Source of the DNA: Octopus bimaculoides
Taxonomy: Eukaryota
Assembly: GCF_001194135.2 (NCBI RefSeq)
Contig: NC_068983.1
Coordinates: forward strand, 88,991,464-89,028,642
Direction: 5' to 3'
Length of the DNA stretch: 37,179 nucleotides
Position numbers and translations under genes: made by a program. Of the stretch, positions 1 through 10,884 are shown piece by piece. The notes beneath the pieces were generated by a model. The model worked only from the letters and a program-made list of their open reading frames with translations, did no database searches and was not told the DNA's origin. Numbering within the stretch: position 1 is the first letter of the stretch; every line of letters begins with the position of its first letter.

Positions 1-408
1 CAGGCCAGTCCCGGGGTTGCACAGCGACCACAGAGGGAGCGGTACCCTCCTCCCTGGTTGGCTGATTATGAAACCAATTAAGGTAGTTCGGGAGCGAGGA
101 GTGAGTGGGAGAGCCGGTTGAATGATCTATAGATCAGGGGGGGCGTGTGGTGTTATGGGCTGTGATGAGCTATGTGTTGTGGTGGAGAGGGGTGAGGCAA
201 ACAGAGGTGAAGCCAGACCGGAAGGGTCAGATCGGAAGTCGGCGACACGCGGTCCAAGGCTAGCACGTGGGGCCAGTGAGAAACAGCGACGTTACGAGAA
301 AGACGTGTTCTGATCAGGAGCGATCGTGTACCCCGCTGCGGTTGGCAAGGTAAGGTCCAACGCTTCATTCTGTCCTTTTGCTTCTTGTTGTCTTCTTCCT
401 CCATCACA
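1..408 (+). mobile_element. 3' end of a Ty3/Gypsy LTR retrotransposon: integrase C-terminus, polypurine tract and 3' LTR (146-408)
   Basis: Frame ending at TAA 79-81 reads RPQRERYPPPWLADYETN*, a typical Gypsy integrase tail. It is followed by GATCTATAGATCAGGGGGGGCG (PPT), homologous to GATCTCTGAAATCAAGCGGTG before the 3' LTR at 18782. The LTR runs TGTGGTG...CATCACA (7 bp terminal inverted repeat, 1 mismatch). CpG-rich, so relatively young. Confidence 0.8.
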
Positions 409-1640
409 CCACACATTGTTTGCAGTACTTCTTTCAAGCATAAAACCAAACTATATCTCACCTACTTTAATTCTGTTTCTAATTAACTAGACTATAACTA
501 TTTCCATAACTTTCATGACCTGGTTCAGCAATTTGATAGCACTATAATTACTTCTGTTTAAGGCATTTCATACATACTTTGAGATATACATCCCTTCCCC
601 AACACATCAACTAGCTGTTACAACTAGTTTATACCACAACACCTTGAGAATCTGCCACAAAATCTTATTTATCCAAAACCAATACATGGAAAGCTTGTAA
701 AAGAGTATATTCTGACCCACTGTGTTGCCAGTTTGTACATTCCATATCACAGCATTAACTTCCTATTGTTATAATTCTCTCACATCAAATTTATGTTGTA
801 CTATTAGCCCTCTCAAGTCTGGTGCCACCATGAATGACTATCTTTACTTCTCATCTGAATATGTGAATTTCAGATGCATTTGCAGCTTCTTATCAAACTT
901 CTAATGATTTTTTGGATATTCTCTCTTTAAAAAATCCTCTTTTGTAAATTTGTATGCTTGTTTGTTGCAGTCTTTTCTTTGTTTCCTTTGATACTTCTTT
1001 TTTGAGAAATATTTGACCCACCTGAGTCTCTGCACTTACTTTTCATATCCTCATACAGTTACAAAAGGCTTGCTTTCAAGTTTGCATACCTGAATTTTCC
1101 AACTGATGCTCTTTCTTCAACAACCTCTCCTAATCTGTTTAATCCTTTCATTTTGACACCAAAGAGCTTGGCCTCAATTTCCTTCAGGTACCTATTGCGA
1201 CATAGTTTTCAGCATTTCTAATTTCACTTCACCCTTCAGACTCAACTCAACTCAAAAAAACCCCCACCTAATTGATTATTCAGTAGTCTCCATTTGTCTA
1301 TTCTCCTTTTGTACAAATTGAGGGTCTTCAGTGCAATGGTTTGTAATCTGACCCAGGAACTCCCACTGTCTCTATATTGTTGGTATGGTTCTGCACTCTC
1401 AACCTCTCACTATACTGTGGATTTGCCTTGTGTACTGCAACATATTTTTTATCATTATTCCTTTTTTCACATGTCTCCCAAATATTTTCAACTTGCAAAT
1501 CCTTAAGTCCCCTAAAAAATCACCTTTTCAGCATCCCCTCTGGGCCCCTATCTGATATAATCCAACATGGAAAAAGTATCAGTGGGTGAATAGTTTTTTC
1601 GTCCAGTAGGCACACATTCACTAAAAGGAATAGAATCTCC
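409..1640 (-). mobile_element. Decayed RTE-clade LINE fragment (APE end/linker and RT N-terminus), cut at 408 by the Gypsy insertion
   Basis: Minus strand near 570-425 reads NALNRSNYSAIKLLNQVMKVME...FGFMLERSTAN, matching RTE RT motifs NYRGIKLL..MKV.E and FGFMPGRSTTDA. Many stops and frameshifts; upstream boundary approximate. Confidence 0.75.
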
Positions 1641-1848
1641 TCTTACTGTCACTTCACTTCTAGCACACAGCTCCACACTATACTAAACCCTGCTTATAAT
1701 GAGTATCACCAAGGTACTGGTTGGGAATTTATTACCTAAATCATATAGTTATTGCTGAAAGTGAAGTTAATGCTAACAGCATTACAATAAAAGTTGCATT
1801 ACCTATTGTTATTAACATCATCATAGTTTCTCTGGGAATAAAAGAACT

Positions 1849-1885
1849 TTATTGTTTTAAATTGTTCAAAAATGTTTTCTCTGGA
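1849..1885 (-). CDS. Candidate terminal coding exon of the FAM227-like gene after a U12-type AC acceptor
   Basis: Minus strand TTTCCTTAATGTCTTAC| resembles a U12 branch site plus AC. The phase-2 join gives T-PEKTFLNNLKQ*, and AATAAA lies downstream (plus 1728-1733). An alternative AG acceptor 5 nt further would give an open 78 nt exon 1880-1803 ending at GTAATG. Confidence 0.35.
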
Positions 1886-2976
1886 GTAAGACATTAAGGA
1901 AAGGAACGGTAGAAAGGTGTGAAATAAGCCTGAAAGGATAAGAAACAGATTTTGTAGCATTTATACCATGATTGTTAATACATTAGCAATCTGGCAGACA
2001 TCTAATAAATAAGCTACAGACTTTTAAATATATTCAACTTTGTAGATATTTGTGATTAAAAGATGCATAAAAGGCTACTATATATGTTGAAGCTATACCA
2101 TCATAGAAAGATAGATATGAGATCAATAATTATAATGAACCTACATAATTCTTTACAATTAGTTATCAATTAGTATGCAACACTGTAATTGATTAGAGCA
2201 CAAAATGTTCTTTTAATAAATTTAGGATTTTACCCTAAAGTCCAACAAAATAAAATTAAATAAATGATTCACATCTGCAGTTCATTCTTGACAGATCTAG
2301 ACTGTTAGAAATTTCCTGATCATTCCAGTATTGCTCAAGATGCTGAATAGATCTGCTGGTTAAAACCAATACTTTCAAAATACCCTTTATGTGATCCAGA
2401 CACTCAAAAAATTCAATAATCAATGTAGATTTTCAAAGATTCAGACAGTCAATAATCAGCCAAAAGAATCAGTGGATGGGAAGATTAATCCAAACCAAGA
2501 TTAAATTGGTCTCCAACATAGAAGCACAAAGGCTGAAGAATCAAGATACTCAAATCATTTTCCTTATTACAAACGTCCACAGAAATTAATCAGCCACAGT
2601 TCTTCTTGAAGAATTAAAATATAAAGTGAACACAGTAATTTCCTTTATTCACTGTATGGAATGCAATTTGAATCTCATCAAATTCAAGAGATTGACAGAA
2701 AGTGTTCTTCTTTTTAACACTCACTGCTAGTAATTTTATATTCATCAGATTTGTAATATCAGAGCCACTGTGCAGTTTATTTTATAAAACATAAGTAAGA
2801 GCAAGATTAAACAAAAAGACCATGAATTCAAACCTTGTTAGAACCTTCATATAATATGCCAATTCTTTCAGTCTGTCAAGCAGCTGCAAAATAAGTCTCT
2901 TCATTCTTAATTCATTGTCAAATATAAAAATGAGCACAGTTTACAAGTTACAGTTTCAGGAGTCAATGCACATGTT

Positions 2977-2979
<3 letters not shown>

Positions 2980-3067
<88 letters not shown>
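2980..3067. repeat. (GT)n microsatellite
   Basis: Perfect dinucleotide run seen directly. Confidence 0.99.
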
Positions 3068-3069
<2 letters not shown>

Positions 3070-3074
3070 TTGTG

Positions 3075-3490
3075 CATGGGTGTGTGGTTAAGAAGCTTGC
3101 TTCCCAACCACATGATTTTGGGTTCAGTCCCACAACACAACTCCTTGGGCAAGAGTCTCCTACTATAGCCTCAGGTCAACTCAAGCCTTGTGAGTTGGAT
3201 TTTATTTATGGACACTGAAAGAAGTCTGTTGCATGGGCATGAGTAAGGATGTTTGTATGTGTTTGTGCATCCTTGTCTAGACATAATCTGACGTTTGTAA
3301 ATGAGCATCATTGTCAAACAAACATGATTGTTTGTTTCCAGTCTTCAGTGAAAAATATGTTTAACAATGTGAAAATATTTTCTTGTTTGGAAACAGGTGA
3401 GGGTATGCAACAGAAAGGACATCTGGTCATAGAAAATCTGCCTCAACAAATTCCATCTGATCCATGCAAACATGAAAAAGTGGACATAAT
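3075..3490 (+). mobile_element. tRNA-derived SINE with RTE-like 3' tail
   Basis: Head GTGTGGTTAAGAAGCTTGCTTCCCAACCAC..GGTTCAGTCCCAC (A/B-box-like), then CCTTGGGCAAG core-like segment. The tail AAGGACATCTGG..AGAAAATCTGCC..CCATGCAAACATGAAAAAGTGGAC resembles the RTE 3' end at 11990-12115. Confidence 0.8.
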
Positions 3491-3617
3491 ATTTTGCTGC
3501 TGCCACTGCTGATGCACACATGCACATATCTATATACACACATATGTATATATATTCATGTACACATGGGTGTTGGCATGAATGGCATTGCATACATGAG
3601 TCTTATTACACACTGAA

Positions 3618-5140
3618 CTACATGAATGCTTTACATATTTTGACAGTGTCTTTGATAACTTGTAGCTGTAATCTCTTGACTAAGTATTATCTTTCTGGCT
3701 TTGTGAAATCCACTTTCTCAAGATTGATGCTGAGGCAGTTCTGTGTGGCTTCTTTTCTCAAATAAAGACCATTGTGGCTGGTCTGTTGTGCTTGCAGTTT
3801 ATTGAAGTCTTGACAGGGACATTCTATCAATATTTTTTCAAATTATGTGCGGTTATCCCCCCCCCCCCCACCAATCACTGTACTTTTGTATAGTTGTCTC
3901 CTCAGGATTATCTTTCCTCCATATTTCATTAGATAATGCTCTAGCCACTACATCATGTCTCATAGTTAGGTAATATTAGGAGAATATTTTCAGATAGCTA
4001 TTTATGATATGAGTAGCATCTTCAATTGTTGATTCCACAGAACCTGCATCAGACGTCACAAGTAAATGATTTACCTGCAACCTTATCCCTTTTGTACATC
4101 AAGTATTTTGAGGCTGTGTCCTACTTCTGAATTGCAAAACCATATCCTTCAAAATGAGAACCAATATCTGGGTTGTTAGTCCCAGGATAGACTACTTTAG
4201 TTGCCAATGTTGCTGTCACATTGAATCCTACAGGAAATATAGCCATGCATGCAGCCTCTCTTTTGATAAGTTGTTGAAGCAGTGCTGTGCAACTTCTCTG
4301 AAGCTCCTTTTCACTTTTATGATGTTATCATGTATACAGACTTGATTATTGGCAGGACTTCAATATTTGGTAGTTAGTAGATGCTGTTGAAGGGATGTAA
4401 TATCACATTAAATAATAGTTGGTGTTGATGTTAAACCTCTGCCACCTTGTTTACATTTCAAGAATAGGTAGTCTACATCTGTTGATCTGGAAAATCCTGG
4501 TATGGATTAACAACATCAATAGCCCAGATCTCATCCAGCATCCACTCAAGTAGCCTGAATATTAATAGTAGCATTGGTACAGCAAACATATTGAGGGCTA
4601 ATCAATTCATTGCATGTGGAAAGTTCCAAGGACCATATTTTCTTTATTCTGGTGTTGTATTCCCTAATTATGTGGTTCTTTCCATCAAATGAAATGTTTT
4701 CAGATATCAGAGAAATAGTCAGGCCATTGATAGTAATATTTGTAGATGGACTTGTATATCTTCCTCACTTAACAACCATATAAGAATATTTATCCTAGCC
4801 AACTCCATTCCTATACTTTTTAAGAATATCAAAACTAGGCCATGTTCCTTTATACCATCCATATTCTTGGCATATATTTTCAGATCATCCACAAAGAAGT
4901 AATGTGTCAGGTAGTAACACATTGCATTGTTAGGTAGTAACAAAGAAGTAATGTGTTTCTATCTTCCTGTGGACCAATTGCTTATCCTTTAGATTTCCTG
5001 AACAAAAAGGACTGGGAGGTTACTGAAAGTATAAACAGCATCATGAGGAGATGGTCACTTTGAAATACCTCCATAATACTGTATCCTATCAATAAAAGTA
5101 TGACCTCTTCCTGTCTTGAAATTCAAAATGGTGGCCTAGG
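3618..5140 (-). mobile_element. Decayed R4/Dong-type (REL-endonuclease) non-LTR retrotransposon, RT to C-terminus
   Basis: Minus strand gives, in order: GIFQSDHL..LF (GIFQGDSLSPLLF), HYFFVDDLKIYAK, REYNTRIKKIWS..FAVP, KQGGRGL, SHFEGYGFAIQ, CRFC...THII...RHDVVA (CCHC region), KHNRP (REL motif) and KDTVKICKAFM* (stop 3618-3620). Confidence 0.85.
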
Positions 5141-5676
5141 AGGAAGTCAAGTTGTCTATGGCTATAATAATAGTATCTGGAATTATCTATGTATTATACC
5201 TACCTGCCTATTTGTCTACCTGTCTTTCTACAAATACACACATGGTACGTATATATACACAAAGAAAAAAGACTACTGACTGTAAGATTTAAGTTATGAA
5301 TTACTGTCCCATACGGATGTGAGTTTGAACTTCAATAGTACAATGCAAAACACTATATAAACACAGAAGAGTAGTGTAATTTGGTGTTATGTGATACAAG
5401 TAGGAATCATTAAACATGATAATATCAGTATACTGTAATGTTATTTGGTGTAGTATAGTAACATGTAGCATACTGGAATGTCAAGATATGTGATGTGTAT
5501 AGGGCAATATGCATACTTTAGAAGGGTATTTTCAGCTGTAGTATAATATACACTATAAGGAGAACATTATTGCTTTATGGTCAGGTGCTAGAAAATGGTA
5601 CCAAATATTATGTGATATCAACTATAATTTTTCTTTACTTATAGATAATCTACCAAAATTTTAAAAAAAAGGATAT

Positions 5677-5837
5677 GTCTTCTCAGTTCTTTGAAGGCGT
5701 TGAATAATTTGATTGGATGGTATCATATAAATTGCTGACATCTTCCTGTTGTACATACAGTAGTTGACCAATGGACATTGGCTGTATAAATCAAACTTCA
5801 CCTTCTCCAGGTGCAGGTTGTCAACTGCTACTTCTGG
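5677..5837 (-). CDS. FAM227B: FAM227-family exon (161 nt, phase 0 to 2): PEVAVDNLHLEKVKFDLYSQCPLVNYCMYNRKMSAIYMIPSNQIIQRLQRTEK
   Basis: Acceptor TTTGTAG| and open frame. EKVKFDLYSQCPLVNY resembles the FAM227 motif RVLFN..GQSPL..YYL. Ends at ATATCCTT (U12 donor). Phase matches the upstream exon 20823-20681. The A versus B paralogue call is not secure. Confidence 0.7.
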
Positions 5838-5903
5838 CTACAAATTATAACAGAAGATAACCTAAGTCTTTACCTATTAGTATTGACAGTAATAATTTTA
5901 TAT

Positions 5904-5906
<3 letters not shown>

Positions 5907-5954
<48 letters not shown>

Positions 5955-5974
5955 ACTCACTCACTCTCTCTCTC
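5907..5974. repeat. (CT)n microsatellite with (CACT) interruption
   Basis: Seen directly. Confidence 0.99.
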
Positions 5975-5999
5975 AAGTAATAGCAGATACAGAGAATTA

Positions 6000-7122
6000 T
6001 ATACAGAAGTTGCATCCAGAAAAATGTATATGCACACTGAATTATTATAAAGATAATATTTATTAAAAAACATTTCATTTTCAAAATGTAATACAATTTG
6101 CAGACAGATGACAGTTCTAGTCCAGGCACTGTTGATAGCATGAAGCAATGGAATTGCAAACATCAAGAAACATTTTATTTGGTATTTGTGTACATTTTCA
6201 TTCAATGCCTGCCTTCTATTCAACTGTTGCCTGTTTTTTACTGTAAACTTTATCTTTTAAGTATTCTCATAAAAAAGTCTAGTGGTATGAGGTCCAGTGA
6301 ATACAGAGGGTATCCTACTGAACCTCATTGTCTAATCCACTTGTTGGGAAAAATCTCATCAAGATAGGCCCTTATGTTACAATGGTGGTGTAGGGGTATC
6401 CCATCTTGCTCAAATTCCTTATCTTCAAAATCATCTTGACAGATTGCCACAGCAATTCCGAGTAACTGAGATCAGTCACAGTACCATCAAAATAGAATGG
6501 TTCAATTAATCCTTTTGATAATAAACTGTACCAAACTGTAACTCCTGAGAAATCAATATGATGTTCCTCCATAATATGCAGATTCTCAGGACCCCAGTAG
6601 GTGCAACTGCAGTGGTTAATAAAGCCATTTAATTTAAATGTAGCCTCATCACTCCAAAAAATTCTTTGTTAGAAAGTGTACATCTTCGACATATCTTGTT
6701 TAGTACTACTTGCAAAATTTCACTCTTCCATCTAGAGCATCTTCATTGAGAGCATGAGCTATTCTTGGAATGAAACATTTCCAATGACAGTGCTTCAAAA
6801 TAAGAAGGACACCTGATTTTGAAACTATTATCTCATGACTCGCTTGCTGTACAGATTTTCTTGAACTCTGACTGGACAGTAAGACTCTGGTATCCTTTCT
6901 TGCTTTGTGGGGCTCATTGATGCCTGTGGTCTTCCTGAACATTTTTTTTTCTAGACATTCTGAAAAGTTCCATCTGCTAGGAATTTAATCGTAATTTGAG
7001 TGATGGCAAGTCAGGGAGGTGGCTCTCCTCAACAGTTTTTGCACTTCAACAACATACCTAAATTTCCAGTAGCAGTTTAAGATAAATTTCCTATGCTCAA
7101 TGCTTAGTCTTGCTTCCTTCAT
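6000..7122 (-). mobile_element. Decayed IS630-Tc1-mariner transposon, DD41D (rosa/VS) type
   Basis: ATG at 7122: MKEARLSIEHRKFILNCYWKF...; [13 protein letters not shown]; [18 protein letters not shown]; [43 protein letters not shown] has 41 residues between the 2nd and 3rd Asp. TIRs not resolved. Confidence 0.8.
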
Positions 7123-7185
7123 TGTTTCTAATGTATGAAATCTAAAACAAAGTGAGGATTAAGTGAGTTATCAGCTGTCAATGTG

Positions 7186-7188
<3 letters not shown>

Positions 7189-7217
<29 letters not shown>
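7189..7217. repeat. (CA)n microsatellite
   Basis: Seen directly. Confidence 0.98.
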
Positions 7218-7220
<3 letters not shown>

Positions 7221-7222
7221 GC

Positions 7223-7620
7223 TCATCATCATCATTTAACGTCTGTTTTCCATTCTGGCATGGGTTGGATGGTTTGATTGAGGTCTGGAGAGCTAGCGGC
7301 TGCACCAGGCTCCAATCTGGTCTGGAAATGTTTCTACAGCTGGATGCCCTTCCTAATGCCAACCATTCCGAGAGTGTAGTGGGTGCTTTTTATGTGCCAC
7401 CAGCACAGAAGCCAGCCAGGTGGGCCTGGCATCAATCACGTTCGGATAGTGCTTTTTACATGCCACCGGCACAGAAGCCGTCAGGGGACACTGGCATCGA
7501 CCACATTTGGATGATGATTTTATGTGCCACTGGCCACAACTACGATTTTGGTTTCACTTGACTCAAGCATATCATATCGTCCGACGCATCAAGGGTACTC
7601 TTAAATAGGCCGGGGGGAAG
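7223..7620 (-). mobile_element. RTE LINE 3' UTR/tail (5'-truncated copy) with (GAT)n end
   Basis: Reverse-complement match to 11850-12134 (CATCATCATTTAACGTC..CTACAGCTGGATGCCCTTCCTA..GTGGGTGCTTTT). Contains about three copies of a ~57 bp GTGCTTTTTATGTGCCACC.GCAC unit. Confidence 0.85.
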
Positions 7621-7731
7621 GCCAGTTTATGGGATTACCTTAGGTTTCCCGTCCATAAAGGGTTTAGCTTTATGGCATATTGTCTGATCCCCCAAACCTG
7701 TTGGCCCATGACCACTTAAAAATATATATAC

Positions 7732-8062
7732 ATTCTTTTATTCTTTTACTTGTTTCAATTATTTGACTGTGACCATGCTGGAGCACCACCTTGAAAGATT
7801 TTAATTGCATAAATTGACCCTAGGACTCATTTTTTAAGCTTAGTACTTATTCTATCAGTCTCTTTTGCTGAACCACTAAGTTATGGGGATGTAAACACAC
7901 CAACACTGATTGTCAAGCAGTGATGAGGGGACAAACACAGACACAAAAACACACACGTCTATATATATAACAGGCTTCTTTCAGTTTCTATCTACCAAAT
8001 CCACTCACAAGGCTTTGGTTAGCCCAAGGCTATAGTGGAAGACACTTGCTCAAGGTTCCACA
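7732..8062 (-). mobile_element. SINE, same head family as 3075 but with a different tail (..GAAACAAGTAAAAGAATAAAAGAAT)
   Basis: Minus strand CCTTGAGCAAGTGTCTTCCACTATAGCCTTGGGCTAACCAAAGCCTTGTGAGTGGATTTGGTAGA matches the 3075 and 27135 copies; A-rich tandem tail. Confidence 0.8.
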
Positions 8063-8127
8063 CATCCCCATTTCCCATGTTTCCACACATCCCCATTTCC
8101 CATGTTTCCCCCCATGTCCCTTTCCAG

Positions 8128-8660
8128 TTTCTCAGAGTTGGCACTGTCAATGTAGGTACATTGAAAGTTAGGTCCGGTGAAATTGCTGAGATGCTTGAAC
8201 AGAGACATTTTGATGTGTGTTGCTTTCAAGAAGTAAGGTGGAGAGATTTAACCAGGTTCCTCATAGGCAAGACATAGATATAAAATCTTCTGGGAAGATA
8301 AGTGATAGGATAGGAGATGTGGGTATACTTCTCACAGAGAAATGGGTTGATAAGGTCATAGAAGTAGTCAGAGCGTGTGATAGAGTGCTTAGACTCAAGC
8401 TACTCTTGCAAAATAAAACAGCAGCAATTATCTCTGCCTATGCCCCCCAGACAGGGCTACTGAATGAACAGAAGGACTGTTTTTATGATACCCTTCTGCA
8501 GGCTACTTCAGAGACAAAAAAGAAAGATCTTATCTTTGTGGCCGGTGATTTCAATTGACATGTTGGGCAGCAGCCAGGTGCCTTCCAGGAGTACATAGGT
8601 GTTATAGAATTGGTTCCCGAAATGAAGAGGGAATAAGGCTGCTGGAGTTCTGTGAGGCAT
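8128..8660 (+). mobile_element. RTE LINE apurinic endonuclease fragment
   Basis: LRVGTVNVGTL..FDVCCFQEVRW, IISAYAPQ, IFVAGDFN*HVG, RNEEGIRLLEFC are APE motifs; frameshifted. Confidence 0.9.
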
Positions 8661-10230
8661 CCTTAAAGTCCTGTGGTACATGGCTTACCCTCCAAATATT
8701 TATGAAGAGGTTGTGCAATTGCTTGAAAAGCTTCTGTCCACCATGCTAGTAGATTTCAGGTGGGACAGTATCCCTGCCATGTGTTTGAAAAGTAGAGATC
8801 AGTTAAACAGTCTATCAATTCCTGGAAGGCTGGCTCCAAAGACAAGTCTGTATTTCAGCATGCTCTGGAATAGACATTATGATGTCATCATTAGTGACTG
8901 AAGTGAAGTCCAACACAGCTTTGAAGTGGTCTTTCCATCATTTCAGGATGTCAGATTTGTCAGTTAAGAGTATCTCTCCATTAGATGAAAAAATAGGAGT
9001 AAACACCGTGCTATTAAGGACTATATACTTTCTTGAGACCATCATAGAAGGCTTTAGAATCCTTTCTGTCTGCAGCTTCTTGGAGTTCAGAAGCATTGGA
9101 TGACCACCAAGCCTCCTTCATCTGTTTAAGAGCACACTGGACCTGGCCTTTGCATTTCTTATAAGCATTCTTTCTGCTGAATGAGCTTTTATCATTAATC
9201 CATGTTTTATGAGAACTGTGCATTTTATCTATCAACTGCTGGACATGTGTGCTGTTATTATTGAACCAATCTTGATATTTATGAACAGGAAGTCCAATAA
9301 CCTCTCAGGATGCAGAATGTGTTGCATCATGTAGAGCCTTCCAAGATAATTCAATGTCATCACTGATATCAACAGTGTTGAATTCAGTGTCCAACTAGTT
9401 AGAGAAATCAGCCTGCTTTTCAGGGGTTTTCAAAGGCAGAACATTTATGTGCTTAGGCACTGATGACTTTTGTAGACTTGTGTGTTTCAGATGGAGCGTA
9501 ACCTTACTATAAAGAAGAGAAAGTTCAGAGAGATAGCAGATGTTATGAAAGGAACATGTAATGTTAAAGTCTTTTAGTTCTTGCTTCTTAATGATAATAT
9601 AATCTATGAGATGCCAATCTTTAGATCTAAGATGCATCCAAGTTGTTTTGCAACAATTTCACTGTTGAAAGAAGTAATCATGATGTCTAGTCTGAATTCC
9701 CTGCAGACAGAACACACACAGACTGCTGAAGTTCATTTGACCTACACCATGATGACTAATTGCACCCTTCCATGTCAGATAGTCAGTACCAATATAAGCA
9801 TTAAAATTGCCCATAACAATAAGTATATTCCTATGTTGACAACTGAAGATGACATCGTGGAGTTGGTTGTAAAATTCATCCTTTTCCTGCTCAGAGTTGG
9901 ACATTGGTTGGAGCATAGCAACTGACAAGCATAGCATAAGTGTTACAATCAAGTAACATCATTAGTGTCATGATGCGATCAGAAATACCTTTGGGTAGAG
10001 AAGGAAAGGCCCTGCCTATTTCTGTCTTGATGGTGAAACAAACACCAGAGTGGCATGGCTTGTTCTCATTTCTTCCAGACCAGAAAAATGCATATCCACC
10101 TTTGCTTTCTTCTAACTGTGATGATCCTACAAGATGAGTTTTACTGAGTGTGGCTATATCAATGTTGTACTTTTTAGTTCAAGGGCAACCAGTGCTGCTT
10201 TTTGTTCTGGTGCTGAGTAATTGTCTTTGG
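8657..10230 (-). mobile_element. RTE (BovB-like) LINE fragment: APE, linker and start of RT
   Basis: ALVALEL.KYNIDIATLSKTHL..GYAFFWSG, DEFYNQL..LIVMGNFNA.IG, MHLRSKDWHLIDYII and DTVPPEI..HGG..LHNLF..IW..VPQDFKDA. A different subfamily from the 8128 copy. Confidence 0.9.
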
Positions 10231-10299
10231 TATAATCAAATAGGTAGTTACAAATACAAAAGATGAGAGATAGGTAGAGTCCATAGGTATAAAGTTTGA

Positions 10300-10440
10300 A
10301 TGAGTGATTTGCATGTCAGGCACAATCAAAGCTTTTGTTAATGTCTAGAGCAACAACTGCTTTTGCAAAACATCTCTAAAGTGAGAGTCCACTGCTGAGT
10401 GACATAAAAGAGTGGGTCTCCAGTGGATGTGGCTCTGTAG
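10300..10440 (-). mobile_element. Small CR1/Jockey-group RT fragment
   Basis: Minus strand STGDPLFYVTQQW...AVVALDI.KAFD resembles RSTGDLL..VT..W...VALDISKAFDRVWH (one frameshift). Confidence 0.55.
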
Positions 10441-10465
10441 AAATTGTACTGGTGATCACTGAAGA

Positions 10466-10505
10466 TAGAGAGAGAGGAAGAGAGAGAAAGAGAGAGAGGA
10501 AGAGA
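10466..10505. repeat. AG-rich simple repeat
   Basis: Seen directly. Confidence 0.95.
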
Positions 10506-10884
10506 GAGAAAGAGAGAGAGAGAGATTCAAGGTGATAAAGAATATCATTGTTAATGTTTATCTCCATTGCTTTGGTATTGTTTTGTTTTGAGGATTTCCA
10601 TGCACTAATATTTTTGTGTCTAGACTACTGAATCTAATGTTGTTACTTATTTTATTTTATTTTTGTTTATTTATTGGTTCTATATTCTTTTTCAAATACA
10701 TTTTCCCTGAACTTTGCCAAGAAAATATTCTCATTAGTTGACTGTCCTTAGATTTTTCTAGATCATTATTTCTGTGCAGCTTGCTTTCTTTTGCTTCTTT
10801 CTGCTGTCAGTTTCATTAACTATCCTGACAATCAGTTACATCCAGTTTCATTTTCACCGAGTTTTATCTTTTATTCCATTATTT

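Noticed and set aside
1-360. CpG-rich segment with CCAAT, ETS (CGGAAG), E-box (CACGTG) and an AAG|GTAAGG donor, resembling a housekeeping promoter and first exon
   Set aside because: Better explained as a Gypsy integrase tail, PPT and TG..CA LTR, homologous in layout to 18720-19083.
2640-2950. Open stretch with faint hAT dimerisation-domain resemblance (LLAVSV...SLEFDEIQIAF)
   Set aside because: No ERSFS-type motif or TIRs; similarity too weak to support.
7380-7540. Regularly spaced ~57 bp repeats superficially like a CRISPR array
   Set aside because: Eukaryotic context, spacers are related to each other, and the units are part of the RTE 3' UTR.
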